Source of the DNA: a virus
Length of the DNA: 64,000 nucleotides
IMG/VR virus record: IMGVR_UViG_3300029258_001212
Location: 32,001 to 96,000 of that record
Direction: 5' to 3' (one strand)
This document shows positions 37,201 through 46,615 of this stretch, piece by piece; the first letter of the stretch is position 1; each line of letters opens with the position of its first letter. The notes below the pieces were generated by a model. The model was not told the origin of the DNA. It made no database searches and saw nothing but the letters and a program-made list of their open reading frames with translations. The position numbers were made by a program, and so were the translations under genes.

Positions 37201-39271
37201 GGTGGCCAACGCCATCTGGCAGGTAATCAGTTTCCCATGGCGGATGCTCTACAAGGTGGTGTCCGGTGTCGTGAACGCAGTGCTCGCGGTGTGGCGCTAC
37301 ATGGGCGACAGCTTGACGACGCTGGCAGAGGGTATCTGGGCGATGATCTCCTGGCCGTTCCGCAAGCTGTGGCAGCTCGCCACTGCGGCCTGGAACGGAA
37401 TCAAGGCCGTCTGGGGCGTAGCGAGCCAGGTGTTCTCCGCCATCGGAAGCGCCATCTACAGCGCGGTGGGCTGGGTGTGGGAGAAGCTCAAGGTGGTGGC
37501 AACGGCGGCCTGGTCTGCGATCAAGGCTGTGTGGAGCACCGTGATCGGGTTCTACAAGAAGATCGGCACAGCGATCTACGATGGTGTCACCTGGGCGTTC
37601 CGCAAGATCAAGGAGGTGGCGCTGGCGGTGTTCGGTGCAGTCAAGGACGCAGCGAAAAAGGTGGCCGGGGCCATCACCGGGTTCTTCTCCAAGGCGTGGG
37701 GCGGCCTGAAGTCTATGGCAAGCAAGGCATGGGGAGGGATCAAGTCCGCGGCGAGCGCGGTGGGCGACAAGGTGCGGGGTGGATTCAGTGCCGTGGGCAA
37801 CGGTCTCAAGTCGTTCTTCGGTGGGGCCACCGAGACGATTGGCGTCAACATCTCGAGCATCACGTCCAGCGTGGACAAGATGGTTGCCAAGATGCAGGCG
37901 GACCAGATTGAAGCGTCCAAGAACATCACCAGGGCGACTACGGTGTCCAAGGACAAACAGGTCACCAATCAGAAGCAGATCAAGGAGACGGCGGACTGGC
38001 TCTGGAACGGCATGAAGCAGGCGGGTGGAGCTGCCCTTAACTTCCTGGGCATGAGCTCGGCCCAGGTGACCACGCAGATGGCCGGCCACATGAACGTCAC
38101 TAGCTCCAACGCGGCCACCACCTGGACGAATGTGAGCTCCGCGGCTGCCCAAGGGAACACCAACGTCGCACGCGCGAGCGCGAGTGGTGCGAACCAGTCC
38201 GCTGCGGCCTACTCGAAGATGCGAGGCAAGGTGGGCGGTGAAATGGTGTCCGTGGGCCAGACTGGCGCCAAGATGTACCAGAAGCTCACCAGGGCCGCGA
38301 GTGACGCGGCGGCTATCCAGATCAAGCTCCAGATGGCGCAGCTATCGAAACAGGCAAAGTTCACGAAACAGACGGCCGAGCTCCAGGAGGTGCTGGGCAA
38401 GATCAACACGCTTCGCCAGCAAGCGGACAAGATGGGCCTGAAGGGCGTTGGGGTCTCCACCAGGGATCTCAAGAAGCGCATCGCTGCCCAAACGAAGATT
38501 GAACGCCAGGCCAGGATCAAGTTCTACGATTGGTGGTCCACCAGGATCGGCTCCCGGGCCAGAGCCATCAAAATGGACGTGTTCGGGCAGAACGTCATGC
38601 CCATGGTCAAGGAGTACCTGGACAAGGGCATGTCCATGCAACAGGCACTCAGCAAGGGCATGATGAAGTTCCAGCGGAAGATGGTGCGCGACCGGGCGGA
38701 CCAGCTCACGCAGCTCTACGCGCAGCTCAAGACGGGCGAGAATCTGTACGATCTACCCAGGGAGCAACGCGAGGCATTCCGTGGGATCTTCCGTCGTCTC
38801 CAGGGAGCTCGAGCGCAGCGGATTTTCAAGGGCCTGGACCTGGGTGCCCTCACGGGTAAAAACGTCGAGTTGAGTCCCAAGATCATCGCGGCCCTCAAGA
38901 AGTTCGATCCGCGCCTGAAGGTAGGCGAGGGGTCCACGGTCTCCGGGATTGGCTTCAAGAAGATCGGCACGAAGGGCCTCGGGAAGGCTCCGGCCATGGG
39001 GACCGGTGGAGCTGGCGCTGGAGCTCGGGCGGGTTTCCGAGCAAGGACGCCTGAGCGCCAGGTGAGCGCCGCTATTTCCAAGGACACGAAGGCGGCCATG
39101 GCGGATGTGAGCGTGGCCATCTCGCAGCTCACCCAGGCCATCAGGACGTTCCAGGTGAACGTCTACATCCAAGGTGACATTGGCAACTATCTGGATGCGA
39201 AGTCCAAGCGAGCTCGGGTGATCAGGCAACGTGCGAACGCGAGCAAGGTCCGGAGTGCCGGCTCGCAATAG
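34262..39271 (+). CDS. tape measure protein
   Basis: 1669 aa, helical, A/G/K-rich, periodic W/F repeats, hydrophobic segments; follows the chaperone. Confidence 0.92.
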   Translation: MAGYNFGGLGFTFFGKDVTLGATLNKVSEGFTTVWNGLKNLAGNAARMTGRITSSFKGLASRGKGLMGAVTGALDNMANRAMNPNIDNALSSTAAQFRKTWGEITVGMNMNSKVASRWKSALSSAAYSLNTDWGEAAKNWAAFRRQGLKLEEVLGTKGMTATARQLIRVTSVLGIEGKQLALIYSGLTKGFGFTTKRVRGLMDMVFSLGKQFNFGKEAVQGMPGILDVLNKELAGMFKGAGPKDIEKFTFSIMKLAAGFKEGLGASAEDALELSKNLFTTLAKERKGLERMFIGMGDGFSGIAKALSEKGGVQKAFKMIMADPAKFMEALRKMSADAEKRGGSMGASFLRLKTSITKALGANVSFLATGKDSWSKASKAMDTMNKMIANQSKYLGAMGKAAKKNYGTGLTKGDAYKRMLDQFNIRLKKLSEPGLNKWIKMQKKGFDSLMDRLGGKNGLAKKSGPIGALTRRLLLMQRVGLSGLFVGLGNLGPIIEMVVTKMGPMLTALAAMGVSFAFLGKLLLPGGIILAGLMLFHKGIREKVLSGLEKLWEYAKEYLPKMWPQIKEGLYLAWTKAVAAMNWLMEVVSPMMLRLADAIAGVDWGGLTMKLLSYMGKFFRGLFEAIFGGKEATKGVTAGVDKSTDTAASKFAAAGKKLAGAIGKALKTVVVTVGSQIYKFFTDWSMGFEKGVAQKGKLIGGIFITMMFFGSTRRLMLRGLMWIASTMYSMLAGMLTKMYVWAAGMATQWGIAFWPVVAAIAVIAALGVAFYALTGKMGKTAKLIAKIILHPFLMLWDLIQPVIKAIKALWKGDVLGFFKYAGIAMLKAITFPFRYLGGVVENAVNLVSHLWGKLRDSLSARGKGILDAIAGPFKVMWGVIKPLIDAVKKLAGGDFVGFFKSMGSFLLEALLFPFKMLWKGVKLFYTLIVEGWKSLYASLGSTGRGIMDAITWPFRMLWKAASWTVGAVQTAFQGMWTGLKWVANAIWQVISFPWRMLYKVVSGVVNAVLAVWRYMGDSLTTLAEGIWAMISWPFRKLWQLATAAWNGIKAVWGVASQVFSAIGSAIYSAVGWVWEKLKVVATAAWSAIKAVWSTVIGFYKKIGTAIYDGVTWAFRKIKEVALAVFGAVKDAAKKVAGAITGFFSKAWGGLKSMASKAWGGIKSAASAVGDKVRGGFSAVGNGLKSFFGGATETIGVNISSITSSVDKMVAKMQADQIEASKNITRATTVSKDKQVTNQKQIKETADWLWNGMKQAGGAALNFLGMSSAQVTTQMAGHMNVTSSNAATTWTNVSSAAAQGNTNVARASASGANQSAAAYSKMRGKVGGEMVSVGQTGAKMYQKLTRAASDAAAIQIKLQMAQLSKQAKFTKQTAELQEVLGKINTLRQQADKMGLKGVGVSTRDLKKRIAAQTKIERQARIKFYDWWSTRIGSRARAIKMDVFGQNVMPMVKEYLDKGMSMQQALSKGMMKFQRKMVRDRADQLTQLYAQLKTGENLYDLPREQREAFRGIFRRLQGARAQRIFKGLDLGALTGKNVELSPKIIAALKKFDPRLKVGEGSTVSGIGFKKIGTKGLGKAPAMGTGGAGAGARAGFRARTPERQVSAAISKDTKAAMADVSVAISQLTQAIRTFQVNVYIQGDIGNYLDAKSKRARVIRQRANASKVRSAGSQ

Positions 39272-39278
39272 GTGACCC

Positions 39279-39605
39279 ATGACGATTGAAATTGATCCCT
39301 ACAGCCGGCTCAACTTCGCGCAGCTCATGACGGGTAGCGATGGCACGCGCGAGGTGGAGTGGTGGGATCTGCCTGTCATTCGCAAGATCAGCCCGGCGGA
39401 TTCGGATACGACGCTGCGGGTGGAGAACCATGTTCGCATTGACCGGCTGGCGAACGATTACCTGAACAGCTCCATCCTGTGGGACGTGATCGCGGAGATC
39501 AACGGATTCCGGCTTCTGCCCATGGCGCTGCGGTTCGGAGACATGATTCGCATCCCGAGCCAGATCCGAACGATGGTCAGCATCCGCGCCAAGGAGGACC
39601 AGTAG
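39279..39605 (+). CDS. baseplate LysM-like / gp53 / tail X-like protein
   Basis: RIDRLANDYLNSSILWDVIAEIN...GDMIRIPS. Confidence 0.82.
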   Translation: MTIEIDPYSRLNFAQLMTGSDGTREVEWWDLPVIRKISPADSDTTLRVENHVRIDRLANDYLNSSILWDVIAEINGFRLLPMALRFGDMIRIPSQIRTMVSIRAKEDQ

Positions 39606-39606
39606 A

Positions 39607-41058
39607 GTGGCCGGCGTGACCCCCACAGAGCCCTATGACTTCCTGGGGCTGATGATGCAGTGCAATGTCTACGCTGCGGACATCGGCAAGTGGGCCAGTT
39701 TCTCTGTGATGCCAGGCCAGGTGAAGCCGGCTGTCCACCTTCCGTGGTTCTCTTCGATGCAGCAAAAGGAGACCATGAGCGGCTTCGGGGAGGTGACGAT
39801 TAACCTCACTCCGCCCACCTACGAGGAAGCGTTACAGCTCCTCGGGTCTCACTGGCTCACCATCGGCAACACGATGGCGGTGCGCTGGGGCTACACGCGA
39901 CACGCCAGCCACCTTGGGCCGCTCAAATACTACATGATGCTCAAGCCGGACGTGAGCTTCGGGGACGAGTTCACCGTTTCGCTTCGAGGCACCAGCTTCG
40001 GGTGGCTCACGACGCAGCTCCAGAACCAGGATGCGCTGATCTGGAACCATACGTTCGCTGACAGCCAGGGCGGCAAGAAGCGAAAGAACCGGGCCACCTA
40101 TCGCCAGGTGATTGAGCTTGTCGCCAAGCGATACGGGTTCACCATCGACTGGAACGGTGACAAGAAGTATGACTCCAAGCGGTTCTCCCAGGACGCGCGA
40201 ACCATCCTGGACTCGGACAAGGAGCAGATCTGCCAGGGCGGACTGAACGATTGGCAGTTCCTGAAGCACCTGGCGGCGAGGTGCTGTTGCCGAGCCGTGA
40301 TCGTGGGGGGCAACGTGCTCCGGATCAGCGACGTGCGTGAGCCGAAGCAGGCAGACTGGACGTTCCGGTTCCGCGGCCAGCTCGACCTGGCCAACAACGT
40401 GATCCCGATGGACTCGTTCGATTCCGAGTCCACTGCGATGTTCCTGCCCGTGCGCGCGGCCGTGACCAGGTTCCTGGGGCCGGACGACAAGCGGGTGAAG
40501 CTCCACCCGACAGAGAAGACGGACATGGCCACCAGCAAGGCCAAGTCCTACAGCGGGAAGGATGCTCCGGCGGCGCCATCGGACCAGCCCGCCCAGCGCA
40601 GCCAGAGCGGCCAGAATCTACCGCACGATGCCAAGGGAAGTCAGAACGTGCCCATCCCCGGGCGTGAGCAGTTCATCGGGAGCAAGCTCAAGAACCTGTT
40701 TGACTACAACGCGGAGGCGCACGGGGCTAAGGCCAAGATTTCGAGCATCGGGGTGCCGTCTCTGCTACCTGACGACCTGGTGCGCGCCGAAGGGGTGGGG
40801 GACTACTTCACCGGGATGTACCGGGTGTTCGAAATCAACTGGTCCCTCGGTGAAAGCGTGGCGAAGCAGGACGTGGACCTGATGCCCAGGGGATTCCCCA
40901 GCGCCAGCATCGCCAACTGGATGAGCCAGCGCGCGAGCTCTCCCTACGTGGAAAAGGCGGCGAAGAAAGCTCTACAGAAGCGAGCGGCGGTAAGCACGGA
41001 CGCGAATTTCAACTGGACCCGGGAGCTGTACGGCCCCGGCGGGTGGTTTAGGGACTGA
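39607..41058 (+). CDS. baseplate hub protein (gpD/gp27-like)
   Basis: VRWGY, NDWQFLKHLA, SIGVPSL...EGVGDYFTGMYRV. Confidence 0.82.
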   Translation: MAGVTPTEPYDFLGLMMQCNVYAADIGKWASFSVMPGQVKPAVHLPWFSSMQQKETMSGFGEVTINLTPPTYEEALQLLGSHWLTIGNTMAVRWGYTRHASHLGPLKYYMMLKPDVSFGDEFTVSLRGTSFGWLTTQLQNQDALIWNHTFADSQGGKKRKNRATYRQVIELVAKRYGFTIDWNGDKKYDSKRFSQDARTILDSDKEQICQGGLNDWQFLKHLAARCCCRAVIVGGNVLRISDVREPKQADWTFRFRGQLDLANNVIPMDSFDSESTAMFLPVRAAVTRFLGPDDKRVKLHPTEKTDMATSKAKSYSGKDAPAAPSDQPAQRSQSGQNLPHDAKGSQNVPIPGREQFIGSKLKNLFDYNAEAHGAKAKISSIGVPSLLPDDLVRAEGVGDYFTGMYRVFEINWSLGESVAKQDVDLMPRGFPSASIANWMSQRASSPYVEKAAKKALQKRAAVSTDANFNWTRELYGPGGWFRD

Positions 41059-41999
41059 TGGACGCCATCGACGCATTCCTGGGGTTCATTCAGAACCTCC
41101 GCATGTACGGCCTCGAGCACTATGACCGCTGGTATGGCCTCTACCGCGGCGTGTGCGAGGACAATGAGGACCCGGACATGAAGGGACGAATCATCGTGAG
41201 CTGCCAGGCGGTGGCCGGGGATGAGCTCCTGGCGGACTGGGCGTGGCCGGTGGCCCTCGGGGCCGGGGCCCAGGCGGGTATCTTCCATGTGCCAGCCGTA
41301 GGTGACCCCGTGATGATCGCCTTCGAGAACGGCGACTCCAGGTTTCCGATGTACGTGGGCGGATGGTGGGGTAAGCCGGACGGCGTGCTGGACACCCCGA
41401 GCTCCTGTCAGAAGAACCCCCCGCACGTGCGTGCGTGGACGACGCCCAACGGGCACGCCATCGAATTCTCGGATGACCCTGGCAAGGAGTCCGTCACGAT
41501 CAAGTGGCACCAGTCCAAGGACAACAGCCCGGACGGCGAGGACCGCTACAGCTTCATCAGCGTGGACAAGGACGGCTCGGTGCAGGTGCAGGACCACACG
41601 GGCACCAGCATCCTGTTGAACGCGGCAGATGGCAAGGAGGGGCTTACCCTTCGGGACTCCAACGGCAACATCGTGTCCACCGACAAGGATGGGATCAAGC
41701 TGGTCCAGTCGGACGGCGTGTTCATCGAAGCGAAGAAAGACTTGATCCAACTCGCGGGCAAATCAGTGACCGTGGCAGCGGAGGCGTTTGGGGTCACCGG
41801 GGGGAGCACCCTCGGGGACGGGGGCACCGAGCCCCTGGTGCTCGGCAACAAGCTCCTGGCGCTGTGGGGCAAGGCGGTGGCCATCTTCGCCAGCCACACG
41901 CACCCAACCTCATCGCCGGGGGCCCCAACTGGTCCCCCGGCCGGGGCGTGGCCGACGTACACGCCAGACGTGAACAGCACCACCAACAAGGGGAAGTGA
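41058..41999 (+). CDS. baseplate spike protein (gpV/gp5 OB-fold)
   Basis: YRGVCEDNEDPDMKGRI, VPAVGDPVMIAFENGD, TPNGHAIEFSD, HTH metal-tip motif. Confidence 0.9.
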   Translation: MDAIDAFLGFIQNLRMYGLEHYDRWYGLYRGVCEDNEDPDMKGRIIVSCQAVAGDELLADWAWPVALGAGAQAGIFHVPAVGDPVMIAFENGDSRFPMYVGGWWGKPDGVLDTPSSCQKNPPHVRAWTTPNGHAIEFSDDPGKESVTIKWHQSKDNSPDGEDRYSFISVDKDGSVQVQDHTGTSILLNAADGKEGLTLRDSNGNIVSTDKDGIKLVQSDGVFIEAKKDLIQLAGKSVTVAAEAFGVTGGSTLGDGGTEPLVLGNKLLALWGKAVAIFASHTHPTSSPGAPTGPPAGAWPTYTPDVNSTTNKGK

Positions 42000-42006
42000 A
42001 CCGGAG

Positions 42007-42074
42007 ACCCTCAAGACTCTTCTCTTCTAAGAGGGGAGATAAGGTTAATTAAGCAGAAGCAACAGGCGTGCCAA
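42007..42074 (-). promoter_or_regulatory. dispersed repeat copy 4 (sigma54 box, reverse orientation)
   Basis: Reverse complement TTGGCACGCCTGTTGCTTCTGCTTAATTAACCTTATCTCC...AAGAGTCTTGAGGGT. Confidence 0.8.
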
Positions 42075-42077
42075 CTC

Positions 42078-42494
42078 ATGGTAGACATCGGAACAGCGAC
42101 TCAAGCGGCCTCGAAATGAGGGACGTGCCCACTGCCCGTGCCGGCAGTACCAGCGCCCCCGGCCATCCCCCCGGCCCCGACTCCGCCGGCTGTGCCAGAG
42201 CTCCCGGAGCCACCTGGTGCCCCGGCCTCGGTGCCCGTGGCGGCGGTGCCCCCGACGCCTACGCCGGCCATCCCGACTCCGCCGGCTATCCCGCCGTTGC
42301 CCACCCCGCCGTCTATCCCGGAGCTACCGGAGCCCCCAGCGGCCCCTGGGAGCATTCCGGTGGACGCGGCACCCCCAGTACCCCCGACACCTGTTCCGGC
42401 CATTCCAGCGCCCCCTGTGGTGCCCCCAGCGCCAGCTCTGCCCGAGGTGCCAGAGGTGCCGGAGCTGCCAGGGTGCCCACTGGACGAGGAGTAG
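42078..42494 (+). CDS. Pro-rich baseplate-region protein ending CPLDEE; in-frame TGA at 42117 (alternatively starts at GTG 42138)
   Basis: MVDIGTATQAASK*GTCPLPVPAVP...CPLDEE in a single frame. Confidence 0.55.
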
Positions 42495-42498
42495 CACC

Positions 42499-42900
42499 AT
42501 GACTGAACCTGCATACATCAACGGCACTGGCGCGACGGGTATCGCGTGGCCGTGGAGTTCCACAGGCCCCCAGGCGGTCACGGGCACTGACCTGGTGGAA
42601 GCCAAGATCAGCTTGGTGATTTTCACCTTCGTGGGCGTCCACAAGATGGAGCCGACGTTCGGATCCACAGTGCTTTCCCTGGTTTTCGAGAACATCGGGC
42701 CGATCATGCGAACGGCGGCAAGTATCGAGATCCGCAACGCATTGGCCACCTGGGTTCCGGACGTGGAAGTGGACGGGGTTCGGATCCTTGACGATGAGGA
42801 CGTTGAAGGGGGCGTTATCATTGAGGTAGACTACATCTACCTTGGGCAACCCAACACCTGGAGCCAGCCGGTGACCCCGCCGGCCGGTGGAGGCGCATAG
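42499..42900 (+). CDS. baseplate wedge protein, gp25-like
   Basis: MEPTFGSTVLSLVFEN...IRNALATWVPDVEV. Confidence 0.88.
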   Translation: MTEPAYINGTGATGIAWPWSSTGPQAVTGTDLVEAKISLVIFTFVGVHKMEPTFGSTVLSLVFENIGPIMRTAASIEIRNALATWVPDVEVDGVRILDDEDVEGGVIIEVDYIYLGQPNTWSQPVTPPAGGGA

Positions 42901-42901
42901 C

Positions 42902-45820
42902 ATGGCCGTCCTGGCGATCCCAGAATTCGATGACTATCCACTGGATCCGGAGCAGTGGTATCGCTTCTACCACACGGCCCTGGACCGGGTGTACGAGCAG
43001 ATCCTTCAGGCGGGATCCCAAGATCCGTCCACCATCGTGACGGCCACCGGAGCGGACCGCACCTCGGGCCTGGTAACCCTCACCACCACTACGGCCCACG
43101 GCCTGGCGGTGGGCGACACCATCACCGTGGCTGGGGTAACGGATCCGACCTTCGATGGCGAGTTCGTGGTGGCCAGCGTGCCCAGCACCACCAGCATCAC
43201 CTATGACCAGAGCGGCGCGGACGCCACCAGTGGATCTGGAACCATCACCCCGGCCTACCCCCGGTGGCAGGAGGTGACCACCGGCCGCGAGCTCCGCGCG
43301 GACGTGCGCGTGACCGACACCCTGGTCCGCTCCAAGTACGCCGGCCGCGACTACCAGACGTTCCTGGACGAGGGCCTGAGCTGGCTGGCCGAGAAGTACG
43401 GGGACCAGTTCACGGACTTCGTTGATTCCGATTTCGGAATCATGTTCGTGAAGTACGTGAGTTCCGCCCTGGACACCCTGAGCTGGTACATGGATAAGGA
43501 GGTGTCCGAGTGGTACTACTCGCTGATGCGCCTCCGGTCCCGGGCGGAGGAGCTCGCCCGGATGAGCGCCTACAAGCCCAGGAGCGCCACGGCCTGCACG
43601 GCGGACCTGACTCTGACCCTGGACGATGGGCCCTACGCTTTCGACATTACGGTGCCTGAGCGATTCCAGTTCCAGGGCCCGAACAGCCTGATCTTCGAGA
43701 TCACTCAGGACGTGACGTTCGCCGCGGGCGAGACCACCAAGACGGGCGTGCCGGCCACCCAGGGCCAGACCCTTCGGGACAGCGTGATCTCGGATGCGGC
43801 CCCTAACTTCCAGCTTCCGCTCACCAGCATCCTCGAGGACACCCAGGTGGCCCAGGATTCGGTGGAGGTGTACGTGGACGGGCAGCCATGGGAAGAGGTG
43901 GACTTCCTTCCGTTTGCCAAGGAGGACAAGGTGGAGGTGCTCTACGGGGCGGATCCTCCCTTCGTTCTCTTCGGTGACGGCGTGAGCGGCAACATCCCGG
44001 ATGCGGGCCTCACGTGCCTGGCGATCTACCGGGTGACCTACGGCAAGGCGGGCCTCGCGGCCACGGCCGGCACCATCGAACAGCCAGTGATCCCCCTGGT
44101 GGCCAACTCGCAGAGCATCGCCATCACGGCGAACAACCCCTCGGGGGCGCGCGGGGGCGTGGACCTGGAAACCCTCGAGGAGATCGTCAAGACGGCGCCA
44201 GCCTACTTCAAGACGGCGGACCGCGGCACCACCACGCAGGACATGACCACCCTGGCGGACTCCTACTCGAGCGGCACCTACGGCACCGTGGCCAAGGGGA
44301 AGGCGCACATCGTTCGGGGGATCTCGGATGACCTACAGCTCCAGGCCCTCCTGGCGTCCATTGACGGGCACGCCACGGACCTGGAGACGGCCATGACGGC
44401 CATCTCCACCTCGGTGGACGCTATCGCCACGGCGCGCGGCCTGGCGGCCACGCAGCTCGCGGCCATCACTACGGCCCAGGGCAACATCGACACCAACGTG
44501 ACGGCGATCAAGGGTGGTGTCACGCTTGCCACCGAGCACCTCGAGACGGCCAAGGAGGGGCTCGAGAACATCCCCTATCAACAGGTGTTCGCCCAGGCGG
44601 ATGGCGCCACGAAGGTCTGGAACAACGTCCAGCTCCAGAAAGGGGACATTTACCCCGGGACGGTGTTCCTGTGGGTGGACGACCTGAACGAAGAAACGAG
44701 CGTCAACGATGGCAACTGTGATGTGCAGCCCGGGCGAGTGCGCGTGGGATCTGCCATCTTCGAGGCCACGGATGTGGGGCGCCAGATCAAGATCGGTGAC
44801 CAGTTCCGAACCATCACGAAGTACACCAACACCACCGAGGTGACCTACTCCGGCTCGCTGATCTCCGGAACCAACCTCGAGGTGATCCTGTATGAGCAGA
44901 GCGTGTACGCGCGAGACGATGGCGCTGGCAACCTGTCCGGGCCTGGCGTCGTGTCCGGCGCTATCACCTACTCCACTGGCCTGGTGGACAGCCTCGAGCT
45001 CGCCGTGGAGCCCCCCGGAACCGGCCAGTATGGATCGAACATCTTGATCCAGTTCGGGGCCACCCAGACCGTGGCCACCCAGCCCATCGACAACGCGATC
45101 ACCGAGCTCGACGCCATCGACACCACGGCGGACTCCATCTCGGACGAGACGGGGGACATTTCCGACGCGGTAACCGAGGCCACCACGCAGCTCGTGGCCA
45201 TCGCCACCCAGGAAACGACCATCGACACGGCCATGGACACGGTGCTCGCCATCCCGGCCAGCATCGAAGACGACGTGGAGGAGCTCGAGGCGTACCTAGA
45301 CGCCAACCTGAGCGCGGACTGCAAGGCGAACATCGTGATGGTCCAGGTGCTGGTGGTGGACGAAAACGGCTTCTACGCCGCGCCCAGCCAGACCCTCCTC
45401 ACGGCTGTCCAGGAGTACCTGGACGAGCGCAATGTGCTCCCCACCACCGTGACAGCCGTGAACGGCTACTACAACCTGGTGGCCGTGAACATGCTGGTCC
45501 AGGTGAGCATCCTGAAGCCGTACCTCTACTCCAAACAGCTCCCCTCAATCCAGGCGGCCATCGACGCGGAGCTCAAGGGACGCGACTACGGTGTGAACCT
45601 GAACCGAAGCGACTACTACAACCGGGTGGTGCCGGACAAGACGACTGGCATTGGTGGAGTGGAAGGCGTTGACTACGCCAACATCACGATCACAGCCACC
45701 AGCTACCCGGATCCGGCCAACACCGGAACGCCACCGAGCGTGGACGCAAACGGAAACCTGGTGATCCCGGACACGCTGATCATCACCAGGGGAACCATCA
45801 CGTATGAGGAGATCGTCTAA
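42902..45820 (+). CDS. baseplate J / gp6-like wedge protein with insertions
   Basis: RDYQTF, SDFGIMFV, FGDGVSGNIP, GGVDLETLEEI...AP, DRGTTTQD. Confidence 0.88.
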   Translation: MAVLAIPEFDDYPLDPEQWYRFYHTALDRVYEQILQAGSQDPSTIVTATGADRTSGLVTLTTTTAHGLAVGDTITVAGVTDPTFDGEFVVASVPSTTSITYDQSGADATSGSGTITPAYPRWQEVTTGRELRADVRVTDTLVRSKYAGRDYQTFLDEGLSWLAEKYGDQFTDFVDSDFGIMFVKYVSSALDTLSWYMDKEVSEWYYSLMRLRSRAEELARMSAYKPRSATACTADLTLTLDDGPYAFDITVPERFQFQGPNSLIFEITQDVTFAAGETTKTGVPATQGQTLRDSVISDAAPNFQLPLTSILEDTQVAQDSVEVYVDGQPWEEVDFLPFAKEDKVEVLYGADPPFVLFGDGVSGNIPDAGLTCLAIYRVTYGKAGLAATAGTIEQPVIPLVANSQSIAITANNPSGARGGVDLETLEEIVKTAPAYFKTADRGTTTQDMTTLADSYSSGTYGTVAKGKAHIVRGISDDLQLQALLASIDGHATDLETAMTAISTSVDAIATARGLAATQLAAITTAQGNIDTNVTAIKGGVTLATEHLETAKEGLENIPYQQVFAQADGATKVWNNVQLQKGDIYPGTVFLWVDDLNEETSVNDGNCDVQPGRVRVGSAIFEATDVGRQIKIGDQFRTITKYTNTTEVTYSGSLISGTNLEVILYEQSVYARDDGAGNLSGPGVVSGAITYSTGLVDSLELAVEPPGTGQYGSNILIQFGATQTVATQPIDNAITELDAIDTTADSISDETGDISDAVTEATTQLVAIATQETTIDTAMDTVLAIPASIEDDVEELEAYLDANLSADCKANIVMVQVLVVDENGFYAAPSQTLLTAVQEYLDERNVLPTTVTAVNGYYNLVAVNMLVQVSILKPYLYSKQLPSIQAAIDAELKGRDYGVNLNRSDYYNRVVPDKTTGIGGVEGVDYANITITATSYPDPANTGTPPSVDANGNLVIPDTLIITRGTITYEEIV

Positions 45821-46606
45821 ATGCCCACCACCAGCCGCACCAGCCTGAAGTACCCGGCGCGCGGCCAGGAGCCGTGGTTCGATCTGTTTGAAGCGATGCT
45901 CAACCAGCTCGACGCCATGCTGTACGCCCATCGTGAGGACCGCAATATCCTCATCGTGGGGGGCGGAACGCTCTCCTGGGATGCCACCTCCAACACCCTG
46001 AGCTGGAACGCGCCCATCGTGCTCAATAGCCCCCAAAAGGGCTTCCAGGAAAGCGTGGCGGCGGGGAGCATCGAAATCGCGGAGAGCCAGGTGCTCTACG
46101 TGGACGTGTCGCGCAACCCGGGGAGCAACATCGCTCTCACAGCCAGGCGCGCCGCCACGGTGCCCAACACCGATGACGGTCTCCTCTTGTGCTACCGCTA
46201 CGGCACCTCGCTGTGGTGGCGCAATGGGCTCCGCATGGAGGACACCTACTCGGGGCCCCTGTACCCGGCTGGTGGAGGCGGCGGTGGCGGGATCTCCGGA
46301 TTCGACCGACAGACCGTGGCCGTGGCGACAACCGGTGATGCGTGGGTTGGTGGCGGAGGTGGCACAGATACGGCTAATGCCCAGGGAAGCCTGGCTGGGC
46401 CAATCCAAGGCCCTGGCGCCACGGCGCCGCTATATCCACCCGATGGCGTGGACGTTCACCTGAACAACATCCTGGTGCGGTGGGCTGCGGCCCCGTCTGG
46501 GATCAACGAATGGACCTGGGTGACCACCGGTTCGCCGGCCCCAGTGATCCAATTCGGCGCCGGCCTTACGGCCGGAGACGTAGTGGAAGTCAAGTTCCCC
46601 TACTAG
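45821..46606 (+). CDS. baseplate/tail fibre-associated protein
   Basis: Position; GGGTLSWDA; Gly linker; beta-rich C-terminal domain. Confidence 0.65.
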   Translation: MPTTSRTSLKYPARGQEPWFDLFEAMLNQLDAMLYAHREDRNILIVGGGTLSWDATSNTLSWNAPIVLNSPQKGFQESVAAGSIEIAESQVLYVDVSRNPGSNIALTARRAATVPNTDDGLLLCYRYGTSLWWRNGLRMEDTYSGPLYPAGGGGGGGISGFDRQTVAVATTGDAWVGGGGGTDTANAQGSLAGPIQGPGATAPLYPPDGVDVHLNNILVRWAAAPSGINEWTWVTTGSPAPVIQFGAGLTAGDVVEVKFPY

Positions 46607-46615
46607 GAGCAGACC

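Noticed and set aside
29188-45820. Stand-alone eCIS/tailocin locus
   Set aside because: Portal, protease, capsid and neck genes are present in the same operon, so this is a phage
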